Below, one piece after another: positions 28,051 to 41,303 of a stretch of DNA of 64,000 nucleotides. A model generated the notes under the pieces. The model searched no databases. It was not told the DNA's origin and saw only the letters and a program-made list of their open reading frames with translations. Made by a program: the position numbers and the translations under genes. This stretch comes from an uncultured Bacillota bacterium (GTDB lineage Bacteria > Bacillota > Clostridia > Christensenellales > UBA1242): positions 23,031-87,030 of the forward strand of contig CASFBF010000001.1 in NCBI GenBank assembly GCA_949292985.1, read 5' to 3'. The number at the start of each line of letters is the position of its first letter. Position 1 is the stretch's first letter.

Positions 28051-29241
28051 ATGGAACTTTTATCACCAGCAGGTAATTATGAAAAATTTTTAACTGCTCT
28101 GCAATTCGGGGCAGATGCTGTTTATTTGGCTGGGCAAGCGTTTGGGCTTAGGGCGTTTGCTGGCAATTTTTCCATGCAGGAAATTTTTGAGGCTTGCAAA
28201 GAGGCACACTCAAAAGGCAAAAAAGTTTATGTTACTGTCAACATAGTGGCAAAAGATGAAGATTTTAACGGTTTGAAAGAATATCTTTCAGATTTGCAGA
28301 ACGCAGGCGTTGATGCTGTGATTGTTTCTGATGTGGGAATTATAAACTTTATAAGAAAAAATTTCCCAGCATTAGATGTGCATGTAAGCACACAAGCAAA
28401 TGTTACAAACATTCAATCGGCAGAATTTTTTGCTGAAATGGGCGTAAAAAGAATTGTGCTTGCAAGAGAACTTAATATAAATCAAATCTCTGCCATTGCC
28501 AAAGCGCTCAAAGGTAGGGTTGAAGTTGAATGTTTTGTCCATGGCGCAATGTGTATTTCGTATTCAGGCAGATGTTTGCTTTCCAATTATTTGGCGGGCA
28601 GGGATGCAAACCATGGCGAATGTGTTCAGGCATGCAGGTGGAAATATTTTATCCGTGAGCAGTCGAGAGAAGACGAGTTGGAAGTGGAAGAAGACGAGCG
28701 TGGCACATATTTCTTAAACTCTAAGGACCTTTGCATGATTAGGCATTTAAAAGAACTTCAAGATGCGGGTGTTGCATCACTTAAAATTGAAGGAAGAATG
28801 AAGTCGAGTTATTATGTTGCCTGCGTTACTAATGCTTATCGAAAAGCAATAGACATGTTGCCAGTTCAGGTAGGGGAAGCGTTTGTGAAAGAACTTGAAA
28901 AAACATCTCATCGTCGTTTTACAACAGGCTTTTATTTTGGTGAGCAGGATAAAGAATTCAGGGAAAGTTCAACGCCTGTTCAAACGCATGAGTTTGTTGG
29001 CGTGGTTAAATCTTGCGAAAATGGAATTGCAACCATAGAGCAACGCAACTTTTTGCAAGAAGGCGACGAAGTGGAAATTTTGAGCCCAGATGAAACCGTT
29101 TTCAACAAAACTTTCAGCATTTTAGATATGAAAAATATGGATGGCGAAAGCATTCAAAAAGCAAATGTTGCACGCATGCTTTTCACTTGCAATTGTCCGC
29201 TTCAACTAAATCAGGGAGATATTTTAAGAAGAAAACTGTAA
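28051..29241 (+). CDS. peptidase U32 family protein
   Basis: MELLSPAGN start, (ARE)LN and CISYSGRCLLS patterns, and a length typical of U32 (YrrO/RlhA-like) proteins. Confidence 0.85.
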   Translation: MELLSPAGNYEKFLTALQFGADAVYLAGQAFGLRAFAGNFSMQEIFEACKEAHSKGKKVYVTVNIVAKDEDFNGLKEYLSDLQNAGVDAVIVSDVGIINFIRKNFPALDVHVSTQANVTNIQSAEFFAEMGVKRIVLARELNINQISAIAKALKGRVEVECFVHGAMCISYSGRCLLSNYLAGRDANHGECVQACRWKYFIREQSREDELEVEEDERGTYFLNSKDLCMIRHLKELQDAGVASLKIEGRMKSSYYVACVTNAYRKAIDMLPVQVGEAFVKELEKTSHRRFTTGFYFGEQDKEFRESSTPVQTHEFVGVVKSCENGIATIEQRNFLQEGDEVEILSPDETVFNKTFSILDMKNMDGESIQKANVARMLFTCNCPLQLNQGDILRRKL

Positions 29242-29295
29242 ATTAAAAAATGTTAAAATTTGTTAAAAAAATTTACAAAAATATGTCATTTTTGG

Positions 29296-29324
29296 TTGAC
29301 ATATTTTTTTATTCTGCATATAAT
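29296..29324 (+). promoter_or_regulatory. sigmaA-type promoter TTGACA-17-TATAAT of the hrcA-grpE-dnaK-dnaJ operon
   Basis: Consensus hexamers were read directly, and the CIRCE operator follows immediately. Confidence 0.7.
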
Positions 29325-29328
29325 AGTG

Positions 29329-29355
29329 CTAGCACTTAAAAGTCGAGAGTGCCAA
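29329..29355 (+). promoter_or_regulatory. CIRCE operator (HrcA binding site)
   Basis: CTAGCACTT-N9-GAGTGCCAA versus the consensus TTAGCACTC-N9-GAGTGCTAA. It lies between the promoter and hrcA. Confidence 0.85.
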
Positions 29356-29370
29356 CTTTAAGGAGTTTAA

Positions 29371-30365
29371 ATGCAACTTTCAGATAGAAAAAAGCAGATT
29401 TTGCAGTTCGCCATTGAAGATTATATTGCCTCTTGCTGTCCAATAACAAGCGCAGGGCTTAAAAATCTTGCAAGCCTTGATTGTTCAACTGCCACTCTTA
29501 GAAGTGAACTTAACGCTTTGGAAGCAATGGGGTATTTAAGACAACTTCACACTTCTGGCGGGCGTGTGCCAACAGCACAAGGTTACCGCTTTTATGTTGA
29601 AGGTATGCTTTCAAATTTTAAGGCCACGAACAGCGAACTTGAAAAAATTAGAAGATTGATTGAGCAAAAAACTTCATCACTTTCAGACCTTATTTCTTCT
29701 ATTGCAAAAGTGATTGGTGAAGCCACTAACTATCCAACAGTTGTTATGGCAAGCGGTGTTGAAAATTTGGTGTTGCAAGATTTTCAAATAATTCCGCTTT
29801 TAAGTCAAGAAGTGCTGGTGCTTATTGGAACAAATGCGGGTTATATAAATGAAAGATTAAATATAAATGCAACACAGCGAGAATGCGATGATGCTGGCAG
29901 ATATTTTAAAAAGCACTTTGTGGGCAAAACAATTAAGCAAATGACCAAAGAATTTGAAGAAGGCGGGCTGACAGAAGAAATAAGCCAATTTCAAAATATT
30001 GTTGATTGCTTAGTTAGTGGGTTAAAAAGATTTAATAATCGCAAACTATTAGATGTTCAAAAAAGCGGAGCGGTTAAACTTTTGGAAAGTGGCGAAATTG
30101 AAAAAGCAAAACATATTTTTTCGGTTTTGGATGACGAAGATGAACTTATTGAAGTTTTAGAAACTCAGCCAACTGATGAACAAATTATAGTAACAGTTGC
30201 TGAAACTGATGACGAACTTTCGGTGGTAAAATTGCCGATTAAGATGGGCTCGGTTGAACTTTCAGTGGGGGTGCTTGGACCTCAGCGCATGGATTATGGC
30301 TCTGTGAGCGCAGCACTTAAACTGCTTGCCGATGAACTTGAAAATATTAAAGGAGGAAATAAGCC

Positions 30366-30369
<4 letters not shown>
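29371..30369 (+). CDS. hrcA: heat-inducible transcription repressor HrcA
   Basis: N-terminal winged-helix region (LSDRKKQILQFAIEDYI). It is the first gene of a CIRCE-controlled dnaK operon. Confidence 0.93.
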
Positions 30370-32742
<2,373 letters not shown>

Positions 32743-32758
32743 TAAAAAGTAGAGTATT

Positions 32759-33877
32759 ATGGCAAATAAAGATTATTATAAAATTTTAGGTGTTGAAAAA
32801 GGGGCGAGTGCGGACGAAATTAAGTCCGCATATCGTCGCTTGGCTAAAAAATATCACCCAGATATAAACAAAACCCCAGAGGCTGCTGAAAAATTTAAGG
32901 ATATCAACGAAGCATATGAGGTTCTTGGCGATGATAAAAAACGCGCCAACTACGATCAATTTGGTTCGGCCGATGGCCCACAGTTTGGTGGCGGTGGTGC
33001 AGGCGGTTTTGGTGATTTCTTCGGCGGTGGTGGCGGAGGATTTTCTGATATTTTCTCCGACATATTTTCTGCATTTGGCGGGGCTGGTGCAAAACAAAGG
33101 GTTATGGAAAAAGGTGATGATATTTTCATGAATATGACCATATCCTTTGAAGAAGCGGCTTTTGGCGTGGAAAAAAATGTAGTTTTCTCTAAAATTGAAA
33201 AATGTTCTTATTGTGATGGCACGGGTGCAAAGGACGGCAAGGAATATTCGGTTTGTCCAGATTGCCACGGCAGTGGAAGAGTTAGATTTCAGCAGAACAC
33301 AATGTTTGGAACAACAATAAGAGAAGCAGGTTGCACAAGATGTAACGCTACCGGAAAAATAATTAAAGAAAAATGCACCGAATGTGGCGGGAAAGGATAC
33401 AAAAAAATTAACAAAACACTTAAAGTTAAAGTTCCAGCAGGAATTGACGACGGTCAAACAATAAGGTTGCGTGGCGAAGGAAACGCACCTGTAAGAGAAG
33501 GAATAAACGGAGATTTAAATATAAGAATTTCAGTTACTCCTCATAAAATTTTAACAAGAAAGGGCAACGACATTTATCTTGACCTTTACATTCCATTTAC
33601 TCAGGCATTGCTTGGAACAAAAGTTGAAATTCCAACACTTAAAGGACCTTATACTTTAACGATTCCAGAACTTACAGCCAGTGGAACTGTTATGCGATTA
33701 AAAAATAAGGGCGTGAAAATATTAAATAGAGAATCTTATGGTGATATGCTTGTGTCGATTAAAGCCGAGCCTCCAAAGACACTTGATAAATCTACAAAAA
33801 AATTGCTTGAAGAATTGAATGCAAAGATTGACCCAAAATCTTATTCAAAATATCAAAACTTTCTTTCAAAAAGGTGA
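32759..33877 (+). CDS. dnaJ: molecular chaperone DnaJ
   Basis: J-domain with HPD, a G/F-rich region and four CxxCxGxG zinc-finger repeats. Confidence 0.97.
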   Translation: MANKDYYKILGVEKGASADEIKSAYRRLAKKYHPDINKTPEAAEKFKDINEAYEVLGDDKKRANYDQFGSADGPQFGGGGAGGFGDFFGGGGGGFSDIFSDIFSAFGGAGAKQRVMEKGDDIFMNMTISFEEAAFGVEKNVVFSKIEKCSYCDGTGAKDGKEYSVCPDCHGSGRVRFQQNTMFGTTIREAGCTRCNATGKIIKEKCTECGGKGYKKINKTLKVKVPAGIDDGQTIRLRGEGNAPVREGINGDLNIRISVTPHKILTRKGNDIYLDLYIPFTQALLGTKVEIPTLKGPYTLTIPELTASGTVMRLKNKGVKILNRESYGDMLVSIKAEPPKTLDKSTKKLLEELNAKIDPKSYSKYQNFLSKR

Positions 33878-33902
33878 AATGTGTTGCCATTTCACTTTTT
33901 TT
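33874..33902 (+). terminator. intrinsic terminator after dnaJ
   Basis: GTGAAATG-tgttgc-CATTTCAC followed by TTTTTTT. Confidence 0.8.
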
Positions 33903-33918
33903 ATTGTAAACTAATCCC

Positions 33919-34620
33919 ATGAAAAGATTTATTGGCACAATCCAAAATGATGAGGCGATTATTGAAGGCGAAGAGTTAAATCATCTTCGCAATGTTTTGC
34001 GTCTAAAAGTTGGAGACGAGGCGGTTGTTGTTAATGGAGATGGGAAAGACTACATTTGCCAAATTACTAAAATTGATAAAAATATTGCAAAATTAAGCGT
34101 AAAAAATAAAAAAAATAATAAAAATAATGCAAAAAATAATATTTCGTTATTTATTTCCGCTATAAAAAGGGAAAAGTTAGAAGTGGTTGTGCAAAAAGCA
34201 GTAGAACTTGGTGTTAAAAATTTATATATTTTTGAAAGCCAATTTTCTACCATGAAATTAAACGGTGAAAAATTGATTCGCTATCAAAAAATAATTGAAA
34301 GCGCAACAAAACAATGTGAGCGTGCCGACTTTATGAAAATTGAATTACAAAATTTTTCTCAAATGCTTGAAAAATTTGCTGAGCATAAAATCAAATTATT
34401 TGCTAATGAAAGAGAAGGCGAGGCGTTTGATTTTTCAAGTTTAAAAGGTGAAAAAGATATTGCTGTTTTGATTGGTTGTGAAGGTGGTTTTTCACAACAA
34501 GAAAAAGCGGAAATTCTTAAAACTAAACCCGAAAATATTTCACTAGGTGAAAGAATTTTAAGGGCAGAAACAGCGGCAATTTTGCTTATAGGAATTGCCA
34601 GTTTGTTTTCGGGCAACTAA
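33919..34620 (+). CDS. rsmE: 16S rRNA (uracil1498-N3)-methyltransferase RsmE
   Basis: N-terminal PUA-like part (HLRNVLRLKVGD) and the C-terminal motif LIGCEGGFS. It occupies the yqeU position after dnaJ. Confidence 0.88.
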   Translation: MKRFIGTIQNDEAIIEGEELNHLRNVLRLKVGDEAVVVNGDGKDYICQITKIDKNIAKLSVKNKKNNKNNAKNNISLFISAIKREKLEVVVQKAVELGVKNLYIFESQFSTMKLNGEKLIRYQKIIESATKQCERADFMKIELQNFSQMLEKFAEHKIKLFANEREGEAFDFSSLKGEKDIAVLIGCEGGFSQQEKAEILKTKPENISLGERILRAETAAILLIGIASLFSGN

Positions 34621-34630
34621 GGAGGGCGAA

Positions 34631-35857
34631 ATGAAAGTTTGTGTTTTAACCTTAGGTTGCAAAGTTAACAAATATGAAAGCGACAGCCTTTTGAACATCT
34701 TTAAACAAAAAGGATATGAAATAACAGACAGTCTTGAAAAGGCTGATGTTTATATTGTTAACACCTGCGCTGTTACCGGCGAGGCAGAAAAGAAATCTAG
34801 GCAGATGTTGGCAAAATGTAAAAAATTAAATCCTGATGCAAAAATTTATGTTTGCGGTTGCGCTTCTCAACATAACCCAAATCAGTTTTTGGGCAAAGCG
34901 ACACTTATTAAAGGTGTGGCAGGGAAAAATAAAATTGCTGATTTTGGCGAGGGCGTTTTGATAGATGAAGTGCCAAAGAGTTATGAAAAAGAAGAATTTT
35001 CGCTTCAACCTAGGACAAGGGCTTACATAAAAATTCAAGACGGATGTGACAATTTTTGTTCTTACTGTATTATTCCATATTTAAGGGGAAGAAGCAGGTC
35101 AAGAGATTTAAATTCAATAATTGAAGAAGTGCAAGCACTTGACAGCAGTATAAAAGAAATTGTGCTTACAGGCATTAACTTATCTGACTTCAAAATTGAA
35201 GGAAAACTTGGATTGCTTACACTTTTACAAAAACTTGATAAATATAACTTGCGAATGCGTCTTTCTTCTATGGAAGAAGTTATTGCAGACGAAGAATTTA
35301 TTAAAGGGTTAAGAGGGTTTAAAAACTTTTGCCCACATTTTCACTTGTCTTTACAAAGCGGAAGTGACAGCGTTCTTAAAAGAATGAACAGGCGCTATAC
35401 CACTGAGCAATTTAAAACAACTTGCACTCTTATAAGAAAATATTTTCCAACTGCTTCCATTACAACAGATGTTATCGTTGGATTTCCCGGAGAAAGTGAT
35501 CAGGAATTTAACGAAACCAAACGATTTATTGCGGACATTGCGTTTTCAGGGTTGCACATATTCCCATATTCGCATAGAGAGGGCACAGTTGCTTCAAGGC
35601 AAAAGGATTTGAATTTTTTAGTTAAAAAAGCCCGTGCAGAAGAACTTGCCATATTAGACGAGAAATTGCGAAAAGAGTTTATAGAAAAAAATAAATCGGG
35701 CAAAGTTTTGATTGAAGAAGTTGTTGGCGGGAAAAGTTATGGCTTCACGCAAAATTATATTAAATGCGAGATAGACGCAGTGCTTAATGTGGGGGATATT
35801 GTTGAAGTGGAAATAGTTGGGCAAAAAAATAAAAATGCATTGGCAAAATTGGTATAA
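34631..35857 (+). CDS. mtaB: tRNA t6A37 methylthiotransferase MtaB (radical SAM)
   Basis: MKVCVLTLGCKVNKYES, a CDNFCSYC radical-SAM cluster and a TRAM end. It occupies the yqeV position. An AAGGAGG RBS is present. Confidence 0.88.
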   Translation: MKVCVLTLGCKVNKYESDSLLNIFKQKGYEITDSLEKADVYIVNTCAVTGEAEKKSRQMLAKCKKLNPDAKIYVCGCASQHNPNQFLGKATLIKGVAGKNKIADFGEGVLIDEVPKSYEKEEFSLQPRTRAYIKIQDGCDNFCSYCIIPYLRGRSRSRDLNSIIEEVQALDSSIKEIVLTGINLSDFKIEGKLGLLTLLQKLDKYNLRMRLSSMEEVIADEEFIKGLRGFKNFCPHFHLSLQSGSDSVLKRMNRRYTTEQFKTTCTLIRKYFPTASITTDVIVGFPGESDQEFNETKRFIADIAFSGLHIFPYSHREGTVASRQKDLNFLVKKARAEELAILDEKLRKEFIEKNKSGKVLIEEVVGGKSYGFTQNYIKCEIDAVLNVGDIVEVEIVGQKNKNALAKLV

Positions 35858-35861
35858 ATGC

Positions 35862-35890
35862 TTGACAAACAATCATTAAATAAATATAAT
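35862..35890 (+). promoter_or_regulatory. sigmaA-type promoter TTGACA-17-TATAAT upstream of rpsU
   Basis: Perfect consensus hexamers were read directly. Confidence 0.7.
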
Positions 35891-35928
35891 GAAAAGGCAA
35901 TATTGAAATTAGAAGGTGGTGAAAAAGG

Positions 35929-36111
35929 TTGACAACGGTTAAAGTTGGCGAAAACGAAAACTTGGAAAGCGCTTTGAAACGCTTTAAGAGAAAATGCCAA
36001 AAAGACGGCATTATTGGTGACATTAGAAAAAAAGAAGCCTACTATAAGCCAAGCGTTGCAAAAAAACGCAAGAGAGAGGCTGCAAGAAAACGCGCTAGAA
36101 AAAGAGGCTAA
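35929..36111 (+). CDS. rpsU: 30S ribosomal protein S21
   Basis: [24 protein letters not shown] ... [16 protein letters not shown] is canonical S21. The start is TTG after a GGTGGTGA RBS. Confidence 0.93.
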   Translation: MTTVKVGENENLESALKRFKRKCQKDGIIGDIRKKEAYYKPSVAKKRKREAARKRARKRG

Positions 36112-36136
36112 GAAAAATTTATTTTAAAATTAAAAG

Positions 36137-36160
36137 CATGGCTAAACGCCATGTTTTTTT
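36137..36160 (+). terminator. intrinsic terminator after rpsU
   Basis: CATGGC-taaac-GCCATG followed by TTTTTTT. Confidence 0.75.
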
Positions 36161-36295
36161 GTTTTTATTTTGTTTCTTTATTTGTCAAAATTTTTCGAAA
36201 TAATTCGACAATTTGTTCTTAACTATTGCTTTGAAATAAATTTCATTTGCTTTAAAATAATTTTGTTTCCAGATTGGAAGTTAAAAGGAGAAATT

Positions 36296-36634
36296 ATGAA
36301 TCAAGAACTTAAAAGGCTTGCACAAAATGCACGCAACAGACTTATGAGCAAAGGAGAAAAAAGCGCTAATGGCGTTAAAAAGATGAATGCTCCGCTTAGT
36401 CCTAATGTTAAGTTTAAAATTATATCTACTTCCGAATCTGATGAAATTTTTAAAAACAGAGCAAAAGAGGTTTTGGAAAAAGATGTTTTAAATCCAATCA
36501 GTGAACTTATGGATTTAAGTTATTATAAAACTTTAGACGAAAGTAAAAAGCAAAAATATCTGCTTGATGTTATAGAAAAATTTAATAGATACAAAAAGGA
36601 ATTTGAAAGAAGAGAGCAAAAATTAGTTTACTAA
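36296..36634 (+). CDS. hypothetical protein (112 aa, Lys/Glu-rich)
   Basis: An AAAGGAG RBS lies 6 nt before the ATG at 36296. The upstream part of the track ORF is AT-rich and has no RBS. Confidence 0.6.
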   Translation: MNQELKRLAQNARNRLMSKGEKSANGVKKMNAPLSPNVKFKIISTSESDEIFKNRAKEVLEKDVLNPISELMDLSYYKTLDESKKQKYLLDVIEKFNRYKKEFERREQKLVY

Positions 36635-36661
36635 TTTTTTTACATTTGCTAAAATTATCTT

Positions 36662-38833
36662 ATGAATAATTTTGACATCAATTTACTTAATGATGAACAG
36701 CGCCTTCCTCTTCTTCAAACTGAGGGGGCTGTTTTAGTAACCGCCGGCGCAGGCAGTGGTAAAACAAGGCTTCTTACTCACAGAATTGCATACTTACTCT
36801 CATTGGGGGTTAGCCCTTATAATATTTTGGCAATTACTTTTACAAATAAAGCAACGCGTGAGATGGCGGAAAGAGTGCAAAATATGTGTGATGAAGGAGA
36901 GCGAATTTGGATTTCAACCTTCCACTCTATGTGCGCCAAAATTTTGAGACAAGACATTGAAAGACTGGGCTATTCTCGTTCTTTTACCATTTATGATGAA
37001 GACGACAGCGAAAAAGTTGTTAAAGACATTTTAAATGAATTCAGCCTGGCTGATGATAAGTGGAAAAAGAATGTGCTTTTTCATATCTCGAATTGGAAAA
37101 ACACTGTTATGAGTTTGGAAGATTATGAATATGCATGCAAAGATGTTACTGACATTAAAAAAATTGTTAAAGTTATGGCAGAATACGAAAAAAGATTGAA
37201 AAAAAACAATGCCTTAGACTTTGATGATTTGCTTATTAAAACTTATAAGTTGTTTTTAAAATGTGATGATATTAAAGATAAATATTCAAACCGTTTTAAA
37301 TATATTTTGGTTGATGAATTTCAAGACACAAATGTGGTTCAATATGAACTTTTAAAACAACTTGCATCTGTTCATGGAAATATTTTTGTTGTGGGTGATG
37401 AAGACCAATGCATCTATTCTTGGCGGGGAGCAAATTTTAAAAATATTTTTAATTTTAGAAAAGATTTTCCAGATGTAAAAGTTTATAAACTTGAAAGGAA
37501 CTATCGCTCAACCTCAAAGATATTGGATAGAGCCAACAAACTTATTGCACATAACAATTCTCGTTTGGAGAAAAAACTTTGGACGCAAAGAGAGGGCGGT
37601 GATGAGCCCGTAATTTATAATGCAATTGACGAGCGTGATGAAGCGCTGTTTGTTGCAAACACTATTGAAAGGTTGATAAGGCGGGGGGATAAACCTTCGG
37701 ATTTTGCTGTTTTAATGAGATTGAATGCTCTTTCTCGAAATTTGGAAGAGGCGCTTTTGTCGTATAATATTCCGCACAAAATTTATGGTGGTTTTAAGTT
37801 TTATGAGCGTGCTGAAATTAAAAATGTGGTTGCATATTTAAGAATTTTTGTTAACCCTGATGATGATGTTGCGTTTTTAAAAATTGTTAATTTCCCTCGT
37901 AGGGGGATTGGGGATAGCGCTGTGGCCAAATTGAAAGAGTTGGCGGGAGAACAAAGCATTTTAAAGTCGATTTTGGAAGGGAAACTTGAAAATGAACCAG
38001 CGCTAGAAAAGAAACTTGCTTCCTTTTTAGAAATTTATGTAGGTTTAAAAAATTTGAAGTTGGACCTTGCTGATTTTGTTAGCGAAGTAATAACTAAATT
38101 TGGGCTTAGAGATGTTTACGATAGAAAAAGTGAGGAAGGATTTGACAAACTTATGAACATCTCTTCATTCGAAGCGGGTGTTAGGGAATATGCAAGGCTT
38201 AATCCTGAGGCGCAACTTGGCGACTTTTTAGAGAGCATAACTCTTTCCACCGATGCAGATGAGATTGGAGAAGGTGGCAGTGTTACTATTGCCACAGTGC
38301 ATGCAGTGAAAGGGCTGGAATTTAAAAATGTTTTCATAATTGGGCTGGAAGAGGGGCTTTTCCCAATCAGCAGAGCCAACAGCGCAGATGATATTGAAGA
38401 AGAGCGTCGGCTTATGTATGTTGCGGTTACAAGAGCGGAAGAAAAAGTGATTATTACTCATTGTTCGAAACGATTCTTGTATGGCAAAACAAACTATCAA
38501 ATTCCAAGCAGATTTTGTAAAGAACTTGGGTTTTATCAGTTTAAGCCTAAGGCTGTTGAAGAGCGCAGTGTGTTTGGCGAAGGAAAAAGTTTTTCACAGT
38601 CAATACCATTTTTTGATAAGTCTTCAATTTTAAACCGATTTGAAGAAGAGAAAGATAAAATTGATACTTCCAAATATAAATGCGGGCAAAAAGTTGTTCA
38701 CCCTAAATTTGGCAAAGGTAAAATAGTTGAAATTTCTGATGACGGATTGGTGGGTGATATCAATTTTGAAGGAGTGGGCATAAAAAGTTTGATGCTTGAA
38801 ATTGCACCACTTACAATAGAGGAGGAAGAGTGA
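36662..38833 (+). CDS. pcrA: ATP-dependent DNA helicase PcrA (UvrD family)
   Basis: GAGSGKT, VDEFQDTN, TVHAVKGLEF and VAVTRAE motifs. It is paired with ligA as in Firmicutes. Confidence 0.95.
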   Translation: MNNFDINLLNDEQRLPLLQTEGAVLVTAGAGSGKTRLLTHRIAYLLSLGVSPYNILAITFTNKATREMAERVQNMCDEGERIWISTFHSMCAKILRQDIERLGYSRSFTIYDEDDSEKVVKDILNEFSLADDKWKKNVLFHISNWKNTVMSLEDYEYACKDVTDIKKIVKVMAEYEKRLKKNNALDFDDLLIKTYKLFLKCDDIKDKYSNRFKYILVDEFQDTNVVQYELLKQLASVHGNIFVVGDEDQCIYSWRGANFKNIFNFRKDFPDVKVYKLERNYRSTSKILDRANKLIAHNNSRLEKKLWTQREGGDEPVIYNAIDERDEALFVANTIERLIRRGDKPSDFAVLMRLNALSRNLEEALLSYNIPHKIYGGFKFYERAEIKNVVAYLRIFVNPDDDVAFLKIVNFPRRGIGDSAVAKLKELAGEQSILKSILEGKLENEPALEKKLASFLEIYVGLKNLKLDLADFVSEVITKFGLRDVYDRKSEEGFDKLMNISSFEAGVREYARLNPEAQLGDFLESITLSTDADEIGEGGSVTIATVHAVKGLEFKNVFIIGLEEGLFPISRANSADDIEEERRLMYVAVTRAEEKVIITHCSKRFLYGKTNYQIPSRFCKELGFYQFKPKAVEERSVFGEGKSFSQSIPFFDKSSILNRFEEEKDKIDTSKYKCGQKVVHPKFGKGKIVEISDDGLVGDINFEGVGIKSLMLEIAPLTIEEEE

Positions 38834-40791
38834 TGGATAAAATTGAAGAAATGAAAAAATTGATTGCTCAAATCAATAAACATAATCACAATTATTATGA
38901 TTTAGATGCTCCGACTATCTCTGACGCTGAATACGATAAACTATATTATCGGCTTATTGATTTGGAAAAGGAAACGGGGAAAGTTCTTCCCAACTCGCCT
39001 TCTTTAAGGGTTGGAGGAAATATTTTAGAAGGATTTAAAAAGCGTGAGCACCCTAAAAAACTTTATTCACTTAATAAAGTGAGAGATGAAAAAGATTTGT
39101 TTGCATGGGTAAAAGATATGAAAGATGTTCACCCCGCAATGACTTTTTCGGTGGAATATAAATTTGACGGACTGCATCTTGTTATTGAATATGACAACGG
39201 AGAGTTTGTAAGTGCAACAACAAGGGGAAACGGATATGTAGGTGAAGATGTTAGCGCACAAGTAAAAACTATTCGTTCTGTTCCTCTTCAAATTCTTTTT
39301 AAAGGGCATTTGTTTGTTGAAGGCGAGGGTATGATGACCAATCATGCTTTGAAAATATACAATCGAAATGCGGAAGAGAAACTTAAAAATGCAAGAAATG
39401 CCGCTGCTGGCGCTATTAGAAATTTAGACCCAAAAGAAACTGCCAAGAGAAATCTTGATTTCTTTTGTTATGCAGTTTTGCAGGCAGAGGGGAAAAAGTT
39501 TGACACACAACAATCGCTTCATAACTTTTTGTTTGACAATGGTTTTTTAACAGGTGATTATTTTAAAGTTGTATCAACCGCCGAAGATGTTATGAAAGAA
39601 ATAAATGCGATTGATAAGCGTAAAGCGGGTTTGGATATTTTGATTGACGGGGTTGTTGTCAGCATAAATGAAATTGCATATCGTGACGAGATTGGCTGGA
39701 CCACCAAATTTCCAAAGTGGGCAATGGCTTATAAGTTTGAAGCAGAGGAAATTTCAACGGTTTTAGAAAATGTTGTGTGGCAGGTGGGTAGAACTGGCAA
39801 GGTAACACCTATTGCAATTTTACAACCAGTTGAACTTGCTGGCGCAACTGTACAAAAAGCCACTCTTAACAACTTTGATGATATTGTAAGGAAACAAGTT
39901 TCGATTGGAAGCAGGGTGTTTGTTCGAAGAAGCAATGAAGTTATACCAGAAGTTTTAGGGCTGGCTGAAAAAGCAGAAGACGCAAAAGAAATTGAAGAAA
40001 TTTCAATTTGCCCTTGCTGTGGCCATAAACTTGTAAAAAAAGGGCCGTTACTTTACTGCACAAATCATGATGGTTGTTTCGATCAAATTGAAGGCAGAAT
40101 CACACATTTTGCAAGCCGTGACGCTTTTAATATTGAGGGGCTTAGCGAGAAAACTGTTAGCACACTTATAACCGAACTTGGAGTTAAAAATCCTTCCGAT
40201 TTATATAAACTTAGCAAAGAAGATTTTTTAACTTTGGAAAATTTTAAAGACAAAAAATCTGATAATTTAAAAAAATCCATTGAAAAAAGCAAAAAAATTG
40301 AACTTTTTAGGTTTATTTTTGCGCTTGGAATAGGTGAAGTGGGTATTAAAACCGCTCGGGATATTGCAAACCATTTTTCAAGTCTGCAAGCAATTAAAAA
40401 TGCAAAACTTAGAGAAATTGAAAATATAAGCGATATTGGTCCTGTGATTGCTAAAAATGTTTTCGACTATTTTAAAGATGATGAAAACTTGAAAGAGATT
40501 CAAAATTTGCTTGATGTGGGCGTTGAAATTCAAAATCCTAAACAACGAGATTTTTCTTCGCCTATTGCAGGGAAAAAGTTTGTGCTTACAGGAACATTGC
40601 CAACGCTTTCAAGAGGACAAGCGACTGAAATTATTTTGGAAAATGGTGGCGAAGTTGCGGGGTCAGTTTCCAAAAATACTGATTATGTTCTTTTAGGAGA
40701 AAGCCCTGGTTCAAAATATACCAAGGCACTACAACTTAACATTAAAATTATTTCGGAGCAAGATTTGTTTGAAATGGTAAAAAAAGACTGA
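38833..40791 (+). CDS. ligA: NAD-dependent DNA ligase LigA
   Basis: Adenylation motif EYKFDG, a Cys4 zinc finger (CPCCGHKL...C..HDGC), HhH repeats and a BRCT end. Confidence 0.96.
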   Translation: MDKIEEMKKLIAQINKHNHNYYDLDAPTISDAEYDKLYYRLIDLEKETGKVLPNSPSLRVGGNILEGFKKREHPKKLYSLNKVRDEKDLFAWVKDMKDVHPAMTFSVEYKFDGLHLVIEYDNGEFVSATTRGNGYVGEDVSAQVKTIRSVPLQILFKGHLFVEGEGMMTNHALKIYNRNAEEKLKNARNAAAGAIRNLDPKETAKRNLDFFCYAVLQAEGKKFDTQQSLHNFLFDNGFLTGDYFKVVSTAEDVMKEINAIDKRKAGLDILIDGVVVSINEIAYRDEIGWTTKFPKWAMAYKFEAEEISTVLENVVWQVGRTGKVTPIAILQPVELAGATVQKATLNNFDDIVRKQVSIGSRVFVRRSNEVIPEVLGLAEKAEDAKEIEEISICPCCGHKLVKKGPLLYCTNHDGCFDQIEGRITHFASRDAFNIEGLSEKTVSTLITELGVKNPSDLYKLSKEDFLTLENFKDKKSDNLKKSIEKSKKIELFRFIFALGIGEVGIKTARDIANHFSSLQAIKNAKLREIENISDIGPVIAKNVFDYFKDDENLKEIQNLLDVGVEIQNPKQRDFSSPIAGKKFVLTGTLPTLSRGQATEIILENGGEVAGSVSKNTDYVLLGESPGSKYTKALQLNIKIISEQDLFEMVKKD

Positions 40792-40806
40792 TTGATTTCA
40801 GTCTTT
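40784..40806. terminator. bidirectional hairpin between ligA and the convergent gene
   Basis: AAGACTGA-ttgatt-TCAGTCTT flanked by an A-run and a T-rich run. Confidence 0.65.
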
Positions 40807-41134
40807 ATTTTGTTAATTCTTCACAGTGGCTTGTTTTTTCACTTATTAATGGTTTTGCTTTTTTAAGTAATTCTTCATAAGCAGTATCTAAAAATGTGCC
40901 AAGAACTCTGCCCTCTAAATCTTCGGGTATTTCACAACTCGCAATAGGGGCATAGTATTTATTTTGCCTAAGTTTGCGCGCAGCAAGTGTTGAATACAAA
41001 ATTGGATACTGTTTCCTTCCAACATTGAGTTTAACAAAATCATTATCTCTAAAAGGAATGTCGCATTTTAAAAAGCCAATGCTGACTTCTCTATTTTTAT
41101 AGTCTTCAAAAAAAATTACTGTATTTGTTTTCAT
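40805..41134 (-). CDS. hypothetical protein (109 aa)
   Basis: A GGAGGCACAC RBS precedes the ATG at 41134. No family was recognised. Confidence 0.55.
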   Translation of the reverse strand: MKTNTVIFFEDYKNREVSIGFLKCDIPFRDNDFVKLNVGRKQYPILYSTLAARKLRQNKYYAPIASCEIPEDLEGRVLGTFLDTAYEELLKKAKPLISEKTSHCEELTK

Positions 41135-41267
41135 GTGTGCCTCCAAAAAAATGCCTCTACATTCATTATATTTTAAAATCAAAATTTGTCAATAATAAAT
41201 TTGCTAAGTTCGTTAAATCCAGCATGAAAATTAAGCAAATATTTTTTCTAAAAATTGCCATAATTCC

Positions 41268-41296
41268 TTGACAAATTCTTACTAAATTGATATATT
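41268..41296 (+). promoter_or_regulatory. sigmaA-type promoter TTGACA-17-TATATT of the str operon
   Basis: The hexamers and spacing were read directly. Confidence 0.65.
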
Positions 41297-41303
41297 TATT
41301 TAG

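Noticed and set aside
29281-29304. An inverted repeat, ATATGTCA-N8-TGACATAT, overlapping the -35 of the hrcA promoter. Its half-sites resemble the prophage operators.
   Set aside because: The arm spacing differs from the phage operators (7-6-7 versus 7-5-7), and one arm is simply the TTGACA -35 box. The resemblance is most likely coincidental, so no regulatory claim is made.
32985-33100. A GC-rich, repeat-like stretch (GGTGGCGG runs).
   Set aside because: It encodes the Gly/Phe-rich linker of DnaJ and is not an independent repeat element.
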